Source of the DNA: Myxococcales bacterium | GTDB lineage: Bacteria; Myxococcota_A; Polyangia; Polyangiales; Polyangiaceae | DNA length: 64,000 nt | NCBI GenBank assembly: GCA_043747615.1 | Contig: JAYTOU010000003.1 | Span: 1 to 64,000 of the forward strand | Reading direction: 5' to 3' | The notes under the pieces: model-generated | Told to the model about the DNA's origin: nothing | What the model saw: the letters and a program-made list of their open reading frames with translations, nothing else | Database searches by the model: none | In this document: in pieces, positions 60,354 through 64,000 of the stretch | Position numbering within the stretch: position 1 is the first letter of the stretch | Layout: each line of letters starts with the position of its first letter | Translations under genes and position numbers: made by a program

Positions 60354-62585
60354 ATGTACGTCAAATGCGAGCGCTGCCAGACGGAATACGAGTTCGACGA
60401 CGCGCTCGTCAGCGAGCGGGGAACGACCGTCAAGTGCACCAATTGCGGTCATCAGTTCAAAGTTCGACGCGAGGCAAAGGCCGGTAGTGCGTCGGGCGAG
60501 GACCGCTGGGTCGTCACCACGGCCGGCGGAAAAGATCTCGTTTTTACGTCGTTGAAGGAGTTGCAGCGGGCCATCCTCGCCAAGATAGTGGGGCGCGCGG
60601 ACACCCTGGCGCGGGGCGACACGCCCCCCAGACCGCTAGGTTCCATTGCGGAGCTGACCCCCTTCTTCGACGAGAAGCGCGCGCGCGCGGCATCCGCGTC
60701 CGATGCTGCGGAAGGAGAGCCTGGCGGCATGCGCAAGCCCATGCGGACGCTCCCGTCGCGCCCTCCTCCTCCGCCCGGGACGGCGCCTCCCGGTCTCGCT
60801 CCGCCAAAGCGAACGATGCGTTCGGATCCACCGCCGCTGCGACCGAGGATCGAGACCCTCCGTCCACCCGATGGGCTCGGAGCCGCAGTGCCCCCGCCGC
60901 CGCTCGTTCCGCGGATCACCGCGGGCGACAGTGCCGTCTCGGCGCTTGCCCGGACCGTCGCCGCAGCTTCTCCCCCTGAGGCCGCGAGACCGATCACGCC
61001 GAGCGCGGCTGAGCCATTCGTGGAGCGCGGATCGACGAAGATCGGAATGGCCGCAGGAATCCAGGTGCCGAACCGCGCTCCTCACTTCGAGGTCCCGGCC
61101 GATCCTACGCAGCCGCTCTATGGAGGACGCGTGCGTCCGCCGGTGCCGAACCGAGCGCGCGAAGAGGATCTGATCGAAGTCACCTCACCGCTTCCGCTTC
61201 CGACGCGCCCCTACCGCCGATCGATGCCGTCCGACTACGACGAGTCAGACGCCATGCGCGGACCGAGCGCGTCAGCCCCTCCGTCGTTTCCAGAGTCGCG
61301 CCGGCGGGTCGGTGGCTGGGTCGTCGCGGCCGTCCTTCTGCTTGGCGTCGGGGCTCTCAGCGCGGTCGTCGGAAAGCCTTATTTGGAGCGCCTTTCGAAG
61401 CCGGCGGCGGCACATGCGCCGCTCGACGCGCGCGCCCAGGGTTTTTTGAGCGCCGGCGAAAGTGCGCTCGGCGGAGGCGATCTCGACCTCGCAAAAGAGA
61501 ACTTCGACAAGGCGAGCGTCCTCGTCGAGAAAGATCCGCGCGTCCTCCTGGCGGTGGCTCGCCTCGCCGCGGCCCGCGCAGACGTACCGTGGTTGAAGCA
61601 GCGCCTCCTTCCGGAAGGCGCCGAGGAGATGCGGCCCAACCGTCAGCTCCTTGAAGATCTGGCGAGTAAGGCAAAAAAGGCAGCCGACGACGCGATCGCC
61701 GTTGCCGCGCCGGACGATCCCATCGGGATGCGCGCGAAGGTGGACGCGCTTCGCATCGCTGGCGATCGAGACGCGGCGCGCGCTCTCGTTGGGCGGGTGG
61801 CGGTGAACGCTTCTCAGCCAGAGACGGCATACGTGCTCGGTGCGCTCGATCTTGCGGAGCTCGACCCGCCCTGGCCGGTCGTGATCGAGCGGCTCCGCGC
61901 AGCAGCCGCAGGCGAGGGCACGGCGGGGCGGGCGCGCGCGGCACTGGTCTATGCGCTGGCCCGATCGGGCGACACCGCAAGCGCAAGCGCCGAGCTCGAT
62001 CGCCTGATTTTCCAGGCCAAACCGCACACGCTCGTTCCTTACCTGCGCTCGTTCGTCGATCGCACGAAGGCGTCCAAAGGGGACGGCGGTGCACCGCTAC
62101 CGACCGTCGACGTCAACAAGCTTCCCGTACAGGCCGCGGCGGCCAACGGAGGCGGAGGCAACGGAGGCGGAGGAGCCACAGGAGGCGCAGTCGCCGCGGC
62201 GGGCGCGAACATACCAAGCGATCCGCGCGTGATCCTCCAGATGGCGGAGTCTGCGAAGGGCAGAAACGACCTTCCGCGCGCGCGTGCCCTCTTCGAAGCG
62301 GCGGTTGCCAAGAACGCAGGCGACTCCGAAGCCCTCGCAGGCCTAGGCGATGTCTCCCATGCTGAGAAAGATCTCCCTGGCGCGCAGACTTTTTACCGTC
62401 GGGCGCTCGCGGCGAACCCTACGTACCTTCCTGCGCTCGTCGGGCTGGGAGACGTGCAATGGGAGTCGGGGGATCGGGCGACCGCCCAAAAGACATACAA
62501 GGACGTCGTGGATCGATTCCCCGAGGGCTCCTATCCACCACGCGCGAAGCAACGCTCCGAGCCGGATTCGTCAGGGACTCCATGA
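60354..62585 (+). CDS. Zinc-ribbon (MJ0042-type) / Pro-rich linker / TM / TPR protein
   Basis: CERCQTEY...VKCTNCGHQF, Pro-rich linker, one TM segment, C-terminal TPRs. Confidence 0.85.
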   Translation: MYVKCERCQTEYEFDDALVSERGTTVKCTNCGHQFKVRREAKAGSASGEDRWVVTTAGGKDLVFTSLKELQRAILAKIVGRADTLARGDTPPRPLGSIAELTPFFDEKRARAASASDAAEGEPGGMRKPMRTLPSRPPPPPGTAPPGLAPPKRTMRSDPPPLRPRIETLRPPDGLGAAVPPPPLVPRITAGDSAVSALARTVAAASPPEAARPITPSAAEPFVERGSTKIGMAAGIQVPNRAPHFEVPADPTQPLYGGRVRPPVPNRAREEDLIEVTSPLPLPTRPYRRSMPSDYDESDAMRGPSASAPPSFPESRRRVGGWVVAAVLLLGVGALSAVVGKPYLERLSKPAAAHAPLDARAQGFLSAGESALGGGDLDLAKENFDKASVLVEKDPRVLLAVARLAAARADVPWLKQRLLPEGAEEMRPNRQLLEDLASKAKKAADDAIAVAAPDDPIGMRAKVDALRIAGDRDAARALVGRVAVNASQPETAYVLGALDLAELDPPWPVVIERLRAAAAGEGTAGRARAALVYALARSGDTASASAELDRLIFQAKPHTLVPYLRSFVDRTKASKGDGGAPLPTVDVNKLPVQAAAANGGGGNGGGGATGGAVAAAGANIPSDPRVILQMAESAKGRNDLPRARALFEAAVAKNAGDSEALAGLGDVSHAEKDLPGAQTFYRRALAANPTYLPALVGLGDVQWESGDRATAQKTYKDVVDRFPEGSYPPRAKQRSEPDSSGTP

Positions 62586-64000
62586 CCAACGACAAGACGT
62601 TTCATTTCACGCGCACCATGGCCGCGGCCGCGGTCGTCCTCGCCCTCGGTGCCGGTTGCAAAGGCCGCCCCAAAGCCGAAGGCGCAGCGGGCGCCGAGCC
62701 AGAGAAGACGAGTGGCCCGGAGATCGCAGTCCTCGACGTGAGCGGCGGAATCGCCGAGCAGAGCCCGACGAGCCTCTTCGGGCCTCAGCACAAACACAGC
62801 TTCGACGAGCTTCTGCGCGTGATTCAGCGCGTGGCGAAGGACAAGGACACCCGCGGCGTGATGGTGCGCTTCGGCTCGACCAGCTTCGGTCTTGCCCGCG
62901 CCGAAGAGCTCGGAGCGGCGCTCGCCGAGCTCCGCAAAGACAAGCCCGTTTTTTGCCACGCCGACGACTTCACCAACGCCACGTTCTATGCGGCAGCCCG
63001 CGCGTGCTCCAAGATTTTCGTCTCCCCCGCAGGCGAGGTCGAGGCCATCGGGATCGCAGCGCAGGTCGTCTACATGCGCAAGCTTCTCGCCGACGAGCTC
63101 CACCTCAACATCGATTTCTTGCAGGTGGGAAAGTTCAAAGGGGCGGAAGAACCGATCACCCGTGACGGTCCGAGCGACGAAGCGCGCGCATCACTGGAAG
63201 CGGTGCTCGTGGACACGCGTTCCGCATGGCTGGACGGCATTCGCACGGGGCGCGGAAATCCCCAGGTCGCGATCGCAGTGGAAGACGGTCCATACGCTGC
63301 GCCCAAGGCAAAAGAGAAGGGCTTGATCGACGAAGTCGGTTACTTCGATGACGCCCGCGACGCGGAGAAAAAGGCCACCGGCGCCGTTCGCGACGAGGTT
63401 CGTTTCGGAGGAAGCAAGGACTCCGATGCTCCCGAAGATCTAGGCGACCTCGTTCGCCAGCTTGCCGGAGAGGCGGGCGGCGGCGCTCCGATCGCCCTCA
63501 TCCGTGCGTCGGGAAGCATAGGCATGGGAGGCGGTGGCGGCCTGTTCGGCGGCAGCGGGGGGATCACCGAGAAGGAGCTCGGAAAAATTCTCCGACGCGT
63601 CGAGAAAGACGACAACATCAAGGCCGTCGTGCTCCGCATCGATTCGCCTGGCGGAAGCGCTCTTGCCAGCGATCTACTCTGGCATGGTCTCATGCGGATT
63701 CGCGCCAAGAAGCCGATCGTCGTGAGCGTCGGAGACATGGCTGCGAGCGGCGGCTACTACCTGGCCTCCACCGGAACCGTGATCTTCGCAGACGCCACCA
63801 GCATCGTCGGCTCGATCGGCGTCGTCGGCGGAAAGATCGGCGTTGGCGACGCGCTCGAGAAGATCGGCGTTCATGTGGTCACCTTCCCCGCCGACAAGGG
63901 AAACGAAAGGGCGGCCCACCGCGCTGCCGCCTCGTCGCCGCTCGTCGGTTGGGACGACGAGACCCGCGCACGCGTCTTCGAAAGCATGACAGCAATCTAC
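62582..64000 (+). CDS. sppA: Signal peptide peptidase SppA (S49, long type), lipoprotein; runs off the window end
   Basis: Manual translation from ATG 62582: lipobox GAG-C, QVGKFKGAEEP, VVLRIDSPGGSALASD, SVGDMAASGGYY, IVGSIGV. Confidence 0.9.
   Translation, partial: MTNDKTFHFTRTMAAAAVVLALGAGCKGRPKAEGAAGAEPEKTSGPEIAVLDVSGGIAEQSPTSLFGPQHKHSFDELLRVIQRVAKDKDTRGVMVRFGSTSFGLARAEELGAALAELRKDKPVFCHADDFTNATFYAAARACSKIFVSPAGEVEAIGIAAQVVYMRKLLADELHLNIDFLQVGKFKGAEEPITRDGPSDEARASLEAVLVDTRSAWLDGIRTGRGNPQVAIAVEDGPYAAPKAKEKGLIDEVGYFDDARDAEKKATGAVRDEVRFGGSKDSDAPEDLGDLVRQLAGEAGGGAPIALIRASGSIGMGGGGGLFGGSGGITEKELGKILRRVEKDDNIKAVVLRIDSPGGSALASDLLWHGLMRIRAKKPIVVSVGDMAASGGYYLASTGTVIFADATSIVGSIGVVGGKIGVGDALEKIGVHVVTFPADKGNERAAHRAAASSPLVGWDDETRARVFESMTAIY

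Overview
GC-rich, gene-dense chromosomal segment. The gene content (eukaryote-like Ser/Thr kinases, many Cys-rich and DAG/DGG-linker lipoproteins, a giant TPR protein, a zinc-ribbon/TPR protein, an ECF-FecR trio) points to Myxococcota, probably a Polyangiaceae/Sorangiineae-like organism; this is an inference from gene style. About 50 CDS can be supported. I recognised no rRNA, tRNA, CRISPR array or mobile element. Housekeeping genes include accA, aceB, hutH, pgsA, sppA, a biotin carrier, an LD-carboxypeptidase and a LonC-like protease. Two features stand out, both candidate lipoprotein-precursor plus non-heme-iron-enzyme (RiPP-like) systems. (1) A translationally coupled minus-strand operon at 40372-42931 encodes a 104-aa lipoprotein whose only three Asn residues all sit in a repeated h-N-A-P motif, a ferritin-like di-iron enzyme and an adenylate-forming PaaK/CapK-like ligase. 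(2) An MNIO (DUF692) locus at 7737-9789 has a lipidated precursor ending in SCGAGTCS and a convergently encoded DUF2063-type partner. Other points of interest: an outer-membrane barrel followed by two paralogous ~1140-aa lipoprotein serine hydrolases; a secreted PPMxHG-repeat Met/His-rich protein; matching divergent ECF-type promoters beside an ECF/FecR/OM-protein trio; sigma54-like promoters; and signs of leaderless transcription. All product calls come from motif recognition by eye; no database searches were run.
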